Part shown: piece by piece, positions 8,881 to 19,413 of the stretch | Position numbering within the stretch: the stretch's first letter is position 1 | Layout: every line of letters starts with the position of its first letter | Position numbers and translations under genes: made by a program | Notes under the pieces: generated by a model | Seen by the model: the letters and a program-made list of their open reading frames with translations, nothing else | What the model was told of the DNA's origin: nothing | The model's database searches: none | From: Eubacteriales bacterium | Lineage (GTDB): Bacteria > Bacillota > Clostridia > Oscillospirales > CAG-272 | Direction of reading: 5' to 3' | Length of the DNA stretch: 59,248 bases | Assembly: GCA_045531795.1 (NCBI GenBank) | Contig: JAZSET010000084.1 | Span: forward strand, 1 to 59,248

Positions 8881-9735
8881 ATGAGCGCATTTTTTGGTCC
8901 GGGCGGGAATAGTGAAAGTTTTTACAGTGACGGGCATAAACACACCTTTGAAGCGCCTGCCTGGTTAAAGGAAAAAGGACTCAACGCATACGAATATCAA
9001 GCCGGAAACGGGATAATGGGAAGCGATGAAACATTTTTGAAAATAGGACAAGCAGCAAAGGAACACTCTATAAAAATGTCTCTTCATGCCCCATATTTTA
9101 TTTCTTTATCAGGAGTAGAGACAGAAAAAAGACTCAAGAGTATTGACTATATAAGAAAAAGTCTTCATGTTGCAAAGCTGATTGGAGCAAGTACGATTGT
9201 AATTCACGCAGGAAGCGCGGCAAAAATCAGCAGAGAAGAGGCAATGCGTCTTGCATCAGATACACTTTATAAGGCCGCAGAGGAATTTGATGGAGAAACA
9301 ATACATCTCGGTATAGAAACAATGGGCAAGGTTAACCAGCTCGGAACGCTTGAAGAAGTTATTGAGCTATGTAAGGTTTCAAGCCTGTATTATCCGGTAG
9401 TTGATTTCGGTCATCTTAATTCAAGAAACATCGGAGGCTTTTATAAAAACGAGGATGACTATAAAAGAACCTTTGATTTGATTGGCGACAGACTTGGTGA
9501 CGATTATGCAAAGTATCTGCACTGCCATTTTTCAAAAATTGAATTTACCGGTTCGGGAGAAAAAAAGCATATGCGCTTTTGTGATAACGGTTTTGAGCCG
9601 CCCTATGAGCCACTGTGTTCTTATATAGCAAAGGCAAAGCTCGAGCCTACCATTATTTGCGAATCTGCAGGAACAATGGCAGACGATGCGCTCCTTATGA
9701 AGAAATACTACAGCGAAAGCTGTAAAACTGTGTGA
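8881..9735 (+). CDS. Endonuclease IV-like / xylose-isomerase-like TIM-barrel metalloenzyme
   Basis: SLHAPYFISL, IETMGK, DFGH, HCHFSKIE, ICES resemble AP endonuclease family 2 metal ligands. Confidence 0.75.
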   Translation: MSAFFGPGGNSESFYSDGHKHTFEAPAWLKEKGLNAYEYQAGNGIMGSDETFLKIGQAAKEHSIKMSLHAPYFISLSGVETEKRLKSIDYIRKSLHVAKLIGASTIVIHAGSAAKISREEAMRLASDTLYKAAEEFDGETIHLGIETMGKVNQLGTLEEVIELCKVSSLYYPVVDFGHLNSRNIGGFYKNEDDYKRTFDLIGDRLGDDYAKYLHCHFSKIEFTGSGEKKHMRFCDNGFEPPYEPLCSYIAKAKLEPTIICESAGTMADDALLMKKYYSESCKTV

Positions 9736-9917
9736 TTTTACAAAAAAATATACTAATACAACGGATAAAAGCAAAATTTTTTGTGTTTTTTCACTTTTTT
9801 TGTTCGTAACTATTGAAAAATTTTAAAAAATATTATAAAATATATATAATGGAATAATGTACACGTACACAGTTGTGTATTGATGATGATTATCCGAAAA
9901 ATTTTGGAGGTTTTCTC

Positions 9918-10475
9918 ATGGTAGTAGCTGGAGATTTTAAAAACGGAATCACTTTTGACATGGACGGAAATGTAATGCAGGTTGTTGAATTCCAGCATGT
10001 CAAGCCCGGAAAGGGAGCAGCGTTCGTAAGAACAAAAATCAGAAACGTAATTACAGGCGCTGTAATTGAAAGAACTTTCAGCCCGACTGACAAGTTTGAA
10101 AATGCAATTGTTGAAAGAAAGAAAATGCAGTATCTTTACAACGATGGCGAACTTTACTATTTTATGGACAACGAAACATACGAGCAGATTCCCCTTGATG
10201 CTTCCAAGCTTGATGATAACTTCAAGTTTGTAAAAGAAAATATGGACTGCACCATTGTTTCTTACAAGGGCAATGTATTCAGTGTTGAACCCCCCATTTT
10301 CGTTGAGCTTGAGGTAAGCGACACAGAACCCGGATTCAAGGGAGATACAGCAACAGGCGCTACAAAGCCCGCTACCCTTGAAACAGGAGCACAGCTTAAG
10401 GTTCCGCTCTTTATAAACATCGGAGACGTGCTCAGAATTGATACACGTACCGGCGAATATCTTGAAAGAGCATAA
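9918..10475 (+). CDS. efp: Elongation factor P
   Basis: [49 protein letters not shown] before ATG 9918. Confidence 0.98.
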   Translation: MVVAGDFKNGITFDMDGNVMQVVEFQHVKPGKGAAFVRTKIRNVITGAVIERTFSPTDKFENAIVERKKMQYLYNDGELYYFMDNETYEQIPLDASKLDDNFKFVKENMDCTIVSYKGNVFSVEPPIFVELEVSDTEPGFKGDTATGATKPATLETGAQLKVPLFINIGDVLRIDTRTGEYLERA

Positions 10476-10562
10476 CTTTGAAAGCAGAACAGACTGAATA
10501 ATGCTATATTTTTCGGTCAATGCTTAAGTAAATTGTTTTTGCTTGAAAGGAAGGTATTATAA

Positions 10563-11021
10563 ATGTCACTTACAGAAAAGGTTGCATATTTAAAAGGACT
10601 CATTGAAGGTCTTAATATCGACGAAACAAAGCCTGAAAACAAAATAATCAAGGCAATGGTTGATGTAATTGATGATTTAGCACTTACAGTAACAGATCTT
10701 GAAGATGTTGTAGATTCGATTGATGAATATGTCAGCGAAATTGACGAGGACCTTGCTGCAATAGAAGAAATTGCATATGAGGAAGACGAAGACGATTTTG
10801 ATGACGACGAAGACTACGAAGAGTATGAAGAATATGATGAAGACTTTGACGAAGATGAGGAGTTTTATGAAGTAATGTGTCCTCATTGCAAGTCACTTGT
10901 TTATATTGATGAATCTTGTGATCCTTCTAAAATCCTTTGTCCGTCATGCAACGGCGAGTTCGATATTTCAGGAGAATGTTCTCCCGAGGACTGTGAGGGC
11001 TGCACAGGTTGTGCACAATAA
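10563..11021 (+). CDS. CD1247-like protein: N-terminal helical domain, acidic linker, Cys-rich Zn-ribbon-like C-terminus
   Basis: EKVAYLKGLIEGL N-terminus (family commonly found next to efp in Clostridia), D/E-rich tract, CPHC..CPSC, and terminal CSPEDCEGCTGC. Confidence 0.75.
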   Translation: MSLTEKVAYLKGLIEGLNIDETKPENKIIKAMVDVIDDLALTVTDLEDVVDSIDEYVSEIDEDLAAIEEIAYEEDEDDFDDDEDYEEYEEYDEDFDEDEEFYEVMCPHCKSLVYIDESCDPSKILCPSCNGEFDISGECSPEDCEGCTGCAQ

Positions 11022-11032
11022 TCAGTAAAATT

Positions 11033-11099
11033 AAAGAAAGCGTGCATTTGCACGCTTTCTTTTTATACAAAAAAGAAGACCGGAAAACCGGTCTTCTTT
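11033..11099. terminator. Two back-to-back terminator hairpins between convergent genes
   Basis: AAAGAAAGCGTGC-ATTT-GCACGCTTTCTTT (11033-11062) and AAAGAAGACCGG-AAAA-CCGGTCTTCTTT (11072-11099). Confidence 0.85.
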
Positions 11100-11109
11100 G
11101 GTTTTACAA

Positions 11110-12768
11110 TTAAAGCATTGCATCGGGGAAGAGCTTGAAGAACCATTCGTTGTATTTACTTGCGAGTGATTCGTCTGTTTCTTCGAATGAAATGTAGCTT
11201 GAAATTACAGGATTTTCCTTTAATTCTGCAATTGCATTCTCAAGCCAGGAATCAAACTGTGAGTAAGGAATTGCATCAAGTTCATTGAAATAGGCTTCAC
11301 TGATTTCTGCAACTGCTTTCATTGTTTCTTCATCGGCAAGAGAAACATAGTCAAAGCCGAAGTATGGATGTTCAACAATTTCAAGATTCTGTCCCTTGCA
11401 ATCTTCCCAGACTGTAGGAGAAGATCCCTCGGGCGGATATGTGATAAATACATTACCTGTACATTCAATGGGAGTGTCATAATCGTTGTTAAGTTTACTT
11501 ACAACACCGTTTTCATCAAGTGTATAATGCACATCTTTAACACCGTATGCAAAAATATTTCTGAGCTCGGAGTTTGTGTTGATTGCATTGAGTACTTCCA
11601 TAGATCTTGATATATCCTTTGTATATGAGGATATAGCAAACATATCTTTGTAAATATCATTGTCAATATAAGGCTTCTGAAGAACAACAACCTCGTATTC
11701 GTCCTGATATTTAAGTATTTCTGTTACATCGCACTTTACGATTCCTACAGCGAAATCACCAATTTCGGCAGTACCGTTTCCTATATATCCGAGAGACTGA
11801 TACTTTTTAATCTGTCTCATATGGTCAACATAGTTGTTGTTTGAGAAAAGGATTGAAGGAACACCGTAGGCGGATTTGTTCTTCTGAGCACTGCCGGGAA
11901 GCATATTACCTACAACAGACTCTTTTCCGTCGGGAGTAAAGTACTGAACACCGATAGGATCAAATTCACCAAGTAAAGGAACCATACCGGGTTCATTCTT
12001 TGCGATGTCCATAATGAATTCATCGGCCAACTTAAAGGTTGTGATATCCGATGCATCATAATAATACTTATCAAGCATCGCCTTATTAAGAAGCATGTAT
12101 GTATATTTACCAACAGGCTTATTGTTGATTATTGCATATGTAACATTGTTAATCTTACCGGCACCAAGTATGTTCGGATGAATATAAGAAGTCATAAGCT
12201 TGCCGGTAGAGGAAAGCTCGGTATCAAGAGCCGAAATATGTTCTTCTTCAACATAAGAAATAAGTGAATTCTGGTCGGGAATATAGAAAATATCAAGCTG
12301 AGCAGCATCAGGCTCGGGATAAATAATCTCTACAAGACCGATTTCATTTATAGAAGTAACATCCTCGGGAACTGTTTCCACTGTTTCTTCGTCGTTGCTG
12401 TTTTTGTAAAGCTTGTTAATAGCTTCAAGTCTGTCGAGTTCTGCCTGTTCTATCTTTTTCTGGTCTGCTATTTCATCAAGGCGCTCGTCAAGTGCCTTGA
12501 GATACTCATCTTTTGTATAAAGATTAAGCTGAAGTGCGGTGTTGAATTCCGACTGTGTAACAGCACTCATAGCTTCTTCAACAAGAGCTACTGCTTCGTC
12601 TGTTGTGTTGTCGCCCCTGATACCCCAGATGGTAACTGTTGTTGCAGGGGCCTTGTTTGAACCGTTTAATGTGATTGTATCAGGTTCTTCTTCGTTAGAG
12701 CAAGCCACGGTAAATACACTTGCAACAAGAACAAGAGCCAAAAGCAAACACTGTAATCTCTTTTTCAT
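11110..12768 (-). CDS. Orphan extracellular solute-binding lipoprotein (ABC substrate-binding-like)
   Basis: Signal peptide with lipobox (VFTVAC). SBP-like motifs include VTIWG, FAYGVKDVHY and PYFGF. No adjacent permease. Confidence 0.7.
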   Translation of the reverse strand: MKKRLQCLLLALVLVASVFTVACSNEEEPDTITLNGSNKAPATTVTIWGIRGDNTTDEAVALVEEAMSAVTQSEFNTALQLNLYTKDEYLKALDERLDEIADQKKIEQAELDRLEAINKLYKNSNDEETVETVPEDVTSINEIGLVEIIYPEPDAAQLDIFYIPDQNSLISYVEEEHISALDTELSSTGKLMTSYIHPNILGAGKINNVTYAIINNKPVGKYTYMLLNKAMLDKYYYDASDITTFKLADEFIMDIAKNEPGMVPLLGEFDPIGVQYFTPDGKESVVGNMLPGSAQKNKSAYGVPSILFSNNNYVDHMRQIKKYQSLGYIGNGTAEIGDFAVGIVKCDVTEILKYQDEYEVVVLQKPYIDNDIYKDMFAISSYTKDISRSMEVLNAINTNSELRNIFAYGVKDVHYTLDENGVVSKLNNDYDTPIECTGNVFITYPPEGSSPTVWEDCKGQNLEIVEHPYFGFDYVSLADEETMKAVAEISEAYFNELDAIPYSQFDSWLENAIAELKENPVISSYISFEETDESLASKYNEWFFKLFPDAML

Positions 12769-13018
12769 AGTTTTGCTGAACCTCCCGAATGGATAATACT
12801 ATTATTACAGTATAAAATTACTATTATATTTTACAACAAAAATGAAATAATGTCAAGGCTTGAAACGGGTTAATACCATATTTAAATAGAGTTTTTTACT
12901 CAAGTCTCGGTATATTACACGAAACAAAAGAATATATTTTGCACAAAAAACACAATATTATTGTTTTTTTCAATAAAAAGTTGCCACTGTTTTTGTGAGT
13001 TTAGTGCAAAAGTAAATT

Positions 13019-14116
13019 TTATTCAAGGAAATCTTTGAGTTTTTTTGACCTCGAGGGATGTCTGATTTTTCGGAGCGCCTTTGCTTCTATCTGACGGATA
13101 CGCTCACGGGTGATCTTAAATTCTTTACCAACCTCTTCAAGAGTGCGCATTCTTCCGTCTACAAGGCCGAATCTTAACTTCAGAACAAGAGCTTCTCTGG
13201 GAGTCAGAGTGTTCAAAACATCCTGGATGGCTTCCTTTAAAAGTGCGTGAGAAGCAGCTTCTGCGGGAGCGGGAGAGTCATCATCCTGAATGAAATCCCC
13301 GAGATGGGTGTCCTCTTCTTCGCCCACAGGTGTTTCCAGGGAAACAGGATCCTGTGCGATTTTCATTATTTCTCTTACTTTATCCGGAGTGGTGTTCATT
13401 CTTTCGGCAATTTCTTCGGGTGTCGCTTCGTGACCGAGTTCCTGGAGAAGCTGTCTTGAATATCTTGAAACCTTGTGTATGGTCTCTACCATATGAACAG
13501 GGATACGAATTGTTCTTGCCTGATCAGCAATTGCACGGGTGATTGCCTGGCGAATCCACCAGGTAGCATATGTTGAGAACTTGTAACCCTTGCTGTAGTC
13601 GAATTTCTCAACCGCTTTCATAAGACCGAGATTTCCCTCTTGGATAAGGTCAAGGAAGAACATACCTTTTCCCACATATCTTTTTGCAATACTTACAACA
13701 AGTCTGAGGTTTGCTTCAACAAGCTTGTCCTTAGCCGCTTCATCTCCCTCTGCCATCTTTATTGCAAGCTCTTGCTCTGTTTCTGCGTCAAGGAGAGCAA
13801 CCTTGCCTATTTCCTTGAGATACATTCTTACGGGGTCGTCGATTGAAAGACCGCCCTGAACAAGCATCTGCTCCATTTCCTGAGCACTTTCATACTGTTC
13901 AACATCTTCTTCAATGTCGGAAAGGTCAATGGGTTCCTCGTCGAGATATACTATCTCAATGCCGTTGTTTTCAAGCTCTTCATAAACTTTGTCGATTGCA
14001 TCAATGTCCAGGTGCTCGTCCGGGAGAGCTTCAAGAATTTCTGCACTTGTAAGTGAGCCTTTAGCGCGCCCCTTTTCGATTAGTTCCTGAAAATTGTATT
14101 CCTGATGATTTTCCAT
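13019..14116 (-). CDS. rpoD: Primary RNA polymerase sigma factor SigA/RpoD
   Basis: [59 protein letters not shown]. Confidence 0.98.
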   Translation of the reverse strand: MENHQEYNFQELIEKGRAKGSLTSAEILEALPDEHLDIDAIDKVYEELENNGIEIVYLDEEPIDLSDIEEDVEQYESAQEMEQMLVQGGLSIDDPVRMYLKEIGKVALLDAETEQELAIKMAEGDEAAKDKLVEANLRLVVSIAKRYVGKGMFFLDLIQEGNLGLMKAVEKFDYSKGYKFSTYATWWIRQAITRAIADQARTIRIPVHMVETIHKVSRYSRQLLQELGHEATPEEIAERMNTTPDKVREIMKIAQDPVSLETPVGEEEDTHLGDFIQDDDSPAPAEAASHALLKEAIQDVLNTLTPREALVLKLRFGLVDGRMRTLEEVGKEFKITRERIRQIEAKALRKIRHPSRSKKLKDFLE

Positions 14117-14146
14117 AAGTCCTCCGTTTTTATATGTAATCATTAT

Positions 14147-15919
14147 TTATTGTTCGTTGTCTTTTCTTTTTCTGGCGAGAATTTTTTCGATGTCCGAAAG
14201 AGAGTCTTCTCCGAGTTCTTTTTCGCCTTTAAGCTTATTTATGCTGTCTATAAGTATGTCCTCGGAATTTAATGACAGTTTTTCCCGTCTTATTCTGAGT
14301 TCGGTAATTCTGCCCATTTCATCCGGAGAAAAGTCTTCTCCGAGCATACCAAACTCGTATTTGCCGGCTTCGTCGGTAATTTCGAGGAGCTTTTCGAATA
14401 TTTTTCTGCCCAAAGCGGTAAAAAAGTCTTCCGGTGACAGGCTTATGGTTCCGCTTTTTATTTTTACTATGTACTCCGGGAACAACAAAAGCAGTCCTAA
14501 AATTGATTCCTCCGCAGTAGCAGCGGTTTTGTTTTTTACGGCATCCGTGTTTATTCTGTCTCCAAAACCCGCAGTTTTCATATAAATAGAGCGCTTAACC
14601 TCGTTTTTCTGAGTCCGGGTATTGGCTCTTATTGCTCTTTCGGTATCATTTTTCAGGCTTTCTCTGCTAACTTCAAGTCGCTTAGCAGCGGCAGTAATCG
14701 CAAGGTCTCTTTCAATGCTCGAATATATCTGGGAAAGCATGTCGCAAACCTCGGCAGAGGCGCGGATTTTTGAATCGGGAACAGCGAGGTCGTATTTTTT
14801 CAAAATAGATTCAAGCCTGAAGTCAAACCGTGATTCGCTTTTGTCAAGCAAATACTTGAATTTACTCTTGCCGTTTTCTCCGTTTTCCCTGATATAATCG
14901 TCAGGGTCCATATTGTTTGGTATTTTGAGCACCCTGGCATCAATTCCCACTTCGTTCAGCAGTGCAAGAGCCTTTGATGTTGCTCTTTGTCCCGCTGCAT
15001 CGCCGTCGTATGATACGACAACCTTGTTTGTGTATTTCGCCATAATGCGGGCCTGCTCCTGAGTAATCGCAGTGCCAAGTGTGGCAATCGCATTTTCAAA
15101 GCCTGCAGAATGGAGGGAGATAACGTCCATAAAGCCCTCGCAAAGAATAAGTCTTTCGCCGGCGTGAGCTTTTGCAAAATTCAGTGCAAAAAGATTTCGG
15201 CTTTTTTTAAATATCGGAGTATCGTTTGTATTAAGGTATTTTCTTTCGGGGTTTTTCTCCATAGAGCGACCGCCGAAGCCGATTATATTTCCTGCAACAT
15301 CAATTATCGGAAACATAATTCTTCCTCTGAATATATCAAAGGCCTTTCCCGTTTTTTTACTTATACCGCAAAGAAAATTAGTTACCATTTCTTCTTCGGT
15401 ATAACCTAAGGATGCAAGATGATTTCTGAGTGAGCTGAAGCTGTCGGGAGAATAGCCTACGCCGAATCTGTTTACAATGGCTTTTGACAAAGCTCTCTTT
15501 TTATAAATGTATTCTCTGGCCTGAAGACCGACCTTTTCGTCATTAAGTGAGGCGTGAAAAAACTTTGCCGCATCCTTGTTCATCGCATATAAGCGTTCTC
15601 TTTTTATACCGGAGCGCTCTTCTTCAATGCTCTGGGGAAGAGCGATTCCTGCGCGTTTGGCTAAAAATTCAAGAGCTTGTACATAATTTAAGTTTTCCGA
15701 CTTCATAATAAAGGTTATTACATCTCCGCCGGCACCGCAACCAAAGCAATAAAAGCTCTTGGAAGCTCTGAATACGGTAAATGACGGCGTTTTTTCATTA
15801 TGAAACGGACAAAGTCCGTTAAGGTTTGACCCGGCGGGTTTTAAAACAACATAAGAGGATATAACTTCTTCAATATCGCTTCTGAATTTTATTTCTTCAA
15901 TAATATCCGGCGAAATCAT
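14147..15919 (-). CDS. dnaG: DNA primase
   Basis: CPFHNEKTPSF, CFGCG zinc finger, KYLNT, EGFMDV, YDGDAAG (TOPRIM), DPDD. Confidence 0.98.
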   Translation of the reverse strand: MISPDIIEEIKFRSDIEEVISSYVVLKPAGSNLNGLCPFHNEKTPSFTVFRASKSFYCFGCGAGGDVITFIMKSENLNYVQALEFLAKRAGIALPQSIEEERSGIKRERLYAMNKDAAKFFHASLNDEKVGLQAREYIYKKRALSKAIVNRFGVGYSPDSFSSLRNHLASLGYTEEEMVTNFLCGISKKTGKAFDIFRGRIMFPIIDVAGNIIGFGGRSMEKNPERKYLNTNDTPIFKKSRNLFALNFAKAHAGERLILCEGFMDVISLHSAGFENAIATLGTAITQEQARIMAKYTNKVVVSYDGDAAGQRATSKALALLNEVGIDARVLKIPNNMDPDDYIRENGENGKSKFKYLLDKSESRFDFRLESILKKYDLAVPDSKIRASAEVCDMLSQIYSSIERDLAITAAAKRLEVSRESLKNDTERAIRANTRTQKNEVKRSIYMKTAGFGDRINTDAVKNKTAATAEESILGLLLLFPEYIVKIKSGTISLSPEDFFTALGRKIFEKLLEITDEAGKYEFGMLGEDFSPDEMGRITELRIRREKLSLNSEDILIDSINKLKGEKELGEDSLSDIEKILARKRKDNEQ

Positions 15920-15940
15920 AAACTGTATCCTCCTTTTTTG

Positions 15941-16954
15941 TTATTTTCCTACCGCCCAGACATTCGGTATGTATAAGTCTTTGTATACTTCAATTGCGTG
16001 TCTGTCGGTCATTCCTGCGATATAGTCGCAGACGCATCTTTCAACAGGCTCGCTTTTTGTGTTGTTTCTGAAAAATTCGGGCATCTTGTCGGGATTCTTT
16101 ACATAATAGTCAAAAAGTCTCGCAAGAAGCTCTTTTGCTTTATTATCCTCGGATTTTACCTTGGGATTTGTGTATATATTATCAAATAAAAAGGTTCTCA
16201 AATCATTTGTTGCCTTGGCAACATGCGCTTCCATAGAGATTTCATCCTTATCAAAGCTTGCAGAAATAACGCTTCGTACCATATTGTTTATTCTGTCAGA
16301 ATGGCTCTTGCCCAAAACCTCGATAATATCCTTTGGGATATCTTCTATGTTAAGGACTCCTGCTCGGATAGAATCGTCAATATCGTGATTGATATAGGCA
16401 ATTCTGTCGGCAAGCTTGACAATTACTCCCTCAAGAGTAGATGCTAAATTATTCCCCTGATGATTTACAATACCGTCCCTTATTTCCCAGGTGAGATTCA
16501 ATCCCTCCCCGTTGTTTTCAAGAAAATCGACTACTCTTAAGCTTTGCTTGTAATGAGTAAAGTCCTTTGAATAGCATTCCTGCAAAGCAACTTCTCCTGT
16601 ATGACCGAACGGAGTGTGACCAAGATCGTGCCCCATACACGCCGCTTCACAAAGGTCCTCGTTAAGCATAAGTGCACGGCAGATGATTCTGCCGATCTGA
16701 GTAACCTCAAGGGTGTGAGTAAGTCTTGTACGGTAATGCTCTTCAACGGGCGAAAGAAAAACCTGAGTTTTGTGCATCATTCGTCTGAATGCCTTGCAGT
16801 GAATGATTTTGTCTCTGTCGCGCTGAAACTCTGTTCTTATATCGCAGGGGTCATACGGCTTTTCTCTGCCACGGGTGTTTTCTGTTAAAAAAGCATATTT
16901 GGAAAGAGTTGATCTTTCTCTTTCAAGAATAATGTCTCTTATAGTTTTTTCCAT
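15941..16954 (-). CDS. dgt: Deoxyguanosinetriphosphate triphosphohydrolase (HD family)
   Basis: RTEFQRDRDKI, KTQVF, RTRLTHTLEV, HDLGHTPFGH, DYIAGMTD. Confidence 0.92.
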   Translation of the reverse strand: MEKTIRDIILERERSTLSKYAFLTENTRGREKPYDPCDIRTEFQRDRDKIIHCKAFRRMMHKTQVFLSPVEEHYRTRLTHTLEVTQIGRIICRALMLNEDLCEAACMGHDLGHTPFGHTGEVALQECYSKDFTHYKQSLRVVDFLENNGEGLNLTWEIRDGIVNHQGNNLASTLEGVIVKLADRIAYINHDIDDSIRAGVLNIEDIPKDIIEVLGKSHSDRINNMVRSVISASFDKDEISMEAHVAKATNDLRTFLFDNIYTNPKVKSEDNKAKELLARLFDYYVKNPDKMPEFFRNNTKSEPVERCVCDYIAGMTDRHAIEVYKDLYIPNVWAVGK

Positions 16955-17029
16955 ATAAGCTCCTTGAGTTGACAGTCCTGTTTTACCTTTCAAAATATAA
17001 TATACGCAAAAAATATCAAAAACACTTTT

Positions 17030-17686
17030 TTATGGTTTACTTTTTTTTGCATCAAATCTTTGTCCCAAAGCTTCGGGCACAAGTTTTCCACCGGACAATT
17101 CGGCTATTTTCTTGCAGACTTTGTCAGATTCTGTTGATTTTACTGCAAATACCATATTAACTTTGTCAGAGAAATCGCATTTGTCGATTATAGCATTTGC
17201 AAGTTCAAGCTCAAAGTTTATTTTATTGTATTCTCCGTAATCGCATGAAAGAGAAAACACACTGTATTCTTCATAGGTAACGATATGTGCTGCATCAAGT
17301 GCAAGTGCGGCAGCATTGGCGTAAGCCCTTACAAGTCCGCCTGCGCCGAGAAGAATACCGCCAAAATAACGGGTTACCACAACAACACAGTCATCGCAGC
17401 CGCTCTTTCTTATAACTTCGAGAACGGGGGGGCCTGCCGTACCCTGAGGCTCGTTGTCATCGCTGTATCTTGCCATCGCACCGCCACGCAGATAGTAAGC
17501 ATATACATTGTGAGTTGCATCCTTGTATTTTTCTTTGATTTTATTAACAAATTCAAAGGCTTCTTCGTCTGTCTTTACGGGCTTTGCGTGCCCGATAAAA
17601 ACAGATTTCTTTTCTACAAATTCTGCACTTGCTTCCTTTTCGAGAGTTATATATTTTTTTGTCTCTGTATTATCAATTACTCCCAT
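17030..17686 (-). CDS. yigZ: YigZ/IMPACT family protein
   Basis: KKSVFIG, ATHNVYAY, SDDNEPQGTAG, VVTRYFGGILLGAGGLVRAY. Confidence 0.92.
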   Translation of the reverse strand: MGVIDNTETKKYITLEKEASAEFVEKKSVFIGHAKPVKTDEEAFEFVNKIKEKYKDATHNVYAYYLRGGAMARYSDDNEPQGTAGPPVLEVIRKSGCDDCVVVVTRYFGGILLGAGGLVRAYANAAALALDAAHIVTYEEYSVFSLSCDYGEYNKINFELELANAIIDKCDFSDKVNMVFAVKSTESDKVCKKIAELSGGKLVPEALGQRFDAKKSKP

Positions 17687-18966
17687 ATTTCATCCTCACT
17701 TTTCTGAGGCTTGTTCTGCATGAATTCTTCAAACATTCCGCGCGCTCTTTTGTCAGCAACAGCTGTAACCGTAATGCCGTCAGCGCCGTAGTCCACTTCA
17801 TTTATTGACATATACTCGTACATTTTTGACAAAATTCCCTGTTTTGCATTGGGGATAAAGAAGACTTCGGTTGTTTTTCCGTCAAGAACAAGCTCTTCAA
17901 GGCGCAAAACGAGTTTTTCAATGCCGTCACCCGAGGCGGCTGAAATAAAAACGGTGTTGTCAGAATCAAGAATACCCTTTTGATTTTCAAGTAAGTCCGA
18001 TTTGTTATATACGAACAAGGTGGGTTTGCCACCTGCTCCGAGGTCATTTAAGAGCTTTTCACAAACGGCGGTTTTTTCAATTTGTTCGGGATCTGTCGCG
18101 TCTATAAGGATTATTATTATGTCAGCAAAAACCGCTTCATCCAATGTGGATTTGAAGGCTTTTATCAAATGATGAGGCAATCTTCTTATAAATCCGACGG
18201 TGTCTGTGAGAAGGATTTCCTCACCGCAGGGAAGCGTATATTTTCTTGTGGTAGGGTCAAGGGTTGCAAAAAGCTTGTTTTCCGCAAGAATTCCCGCCCC
18301 TGTAAGGGTATTAAGCAGTGTTGATTTTCCGGCGTTTGTATATCCTACTATTGCAATTTTTTTAATACCAGAGCGTTCTCTTGCCTTTCTTTGAGTCAGT
18401 CTTGATTTGTCAAGCTCTCTTATTTCATATTCAAGCTGCTCCATTCTTCTTTTAAGATGTCGCTTGTCGCTTTCAAGCTTGGATTCGCCGGGGCCTCGTG
18501 TACCGATACCGCCGCCCAGACGGGACATTTGTAAACCTTTGCCGGTTAGTCTGGGAGCCGTGTATTTAAGCTGGGCGAGTTCAACCTGGAGTTTACCCTC
18601 TCCGCTTACTGCGTGTCGGGCAAAAATGTCAAGAATAAGCATAGAACGGTCTATTACTCTTGTACCGTCAAGTTCGTTTTCAATATTTCTTATCTGAGCA
18701 GGGGAAAGCTCATTATCAAAAATAACAACATCAATATCATTGTTCCGGCAAAGCTCTGAAAGCTCTTTAAGCTTACCGCTTCCGAGTATAGTTCTTGAAT
18801 CGGGAGAAGATTTTGACTGTATTACTCTTGCAAATACTTCTCCGCCCGCTGTATCGAGAAGACTTTCAAGCTCGTCAAGGGAGCGCTCGCTCTCTCCGTC
18901 TGCCATATCGGGCAGATTTACTGCGGCAAGAATTGCCCTTTCAAGTACCTGTTCATTTATTTCCAT
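17677..18966 (-). CDS. hflX: GTPase HflX
   Basis: GSGKLKEL, EGKLQVELAQL, RGPGESKLE, VGYTNAGKSTL, LFATLDPT, DTVGFI. Confidence 0.97.
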   Translation of the reverse strand: MEINEQVLERAILAAVNLPDMADGESERSLDELESLLDTAGGEVFARVIQSKSSPDSRTILGSGKLKELSELCRNNDIDVVIFDNELSPAQIRNIENELDGTRVIDRSMLILDIFARHAVSGEGKLQVELAQLKYTAPRLTGKGLQMSRLGGGIGTRGPGESKLESDKRHLKRRMEQLEYEIRELDKSRLTQRKARERSGIKKIAIVGYTNAGKSTLLNTLTGAGILAENKLFATLDPTTRKYTLPCGEEILLTDTVGFIRRLPHHLIKAFKSTLDEAVFADIIIILIDATDPEQIEKTAVCEKLLNDLGAGGKPTLFVYNKSDLLENQKGILDSDNTVFISAASGDGIEKLVLRLEELVLDGKTTEVFFIPNAKQGILSKMYEYMSINEVDYGADGITVTAVADKRARGMFEEFMQNKPQKSEDEIWE

Positions 18967-19012
18967 ATTTTTTCCCTGCCTCATAGTGAAAATTCAGATT
19001 TCCGGTGAATAC

Positions 19013-19051
19013 AAAAGGTGGGCACAAGCGTACAAACGCATACTGCCCACC
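19013..19051 (-). terminator. Terminator after rpmE
   Basis: On the minus strand GGTGGGCA...TGCCCACC-TTTT, with an inner GCGT/ACGC stem. Confidence 0.7.
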
Positions 19052-19092
19052 ATTCTGTTGTGTCGTTTCCTAAAGCGGATTGCCAATGATTA

Positions 19093-19299
19093 TTACTTGG
19101 CAGCCTTGCTGCGACGCTGATTGAACTTATCAACACGTCCGCCGCTATCTACGAATTTCTGCTTACCTGTGAAAAAGGGATGACACTTGGAGCAGATATC
19201 AACTCGCATTTCGCCCTTGGTAGACTTGGTTACGATAGTTTCGCCGCAAGCGCACTTAACTGCAACCTCTTCATACTTAGGATGAATTCCTTCCTTCAT
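19093..19299 (-). CDS. rpmE: 50S ribosomal protein L31 (zinc-binding type A)
   Basis: [32 protein letters not shown]. Confidence 0.97.
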   Translation of the reverse strand: MKEGIHPKYEEVAVKCACGETIVTKSTKGEMRVDICSKCHPFFTGKQKFVDSGGRVDKFNQRRSKAAK

Positions 19300-19338
19300 T
19301 ATTAACACCTCACTATATACGTATTCACAATGCACCTT

Positions 19339-19367
19339 AGTATATCACAAAAAAACACATTTTGCAA
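19339..19367 (-). promoter_or_regulatory. SigA-type promoter for rpmE
   Basis: Minus strand TTGCAA-17 bp-TATACT. Confidence 0.6.
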
Positions 19368-19413
19368 GGGATTTTTGAAAAAAACTCAAAAAAAATTAAA
19401 AAACTTGAAAAAA

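Noticed and set aside
9810-10520. 236-aa minus-strand ORF
   Set aside because: Antisense shadow of efp with no recognisable motifs.
10770-10870. GAN-rich tandem-like repeats
   Set aside because: Explained by Asp/Glu codons of the acidic linker; not an independent DNA repeat.
19052-19092. Possible structured RNA between rpmE and hflX
   Set aside because: A terminator hairpin accounts for the structure, and no recognisable ncRNA motif was found.
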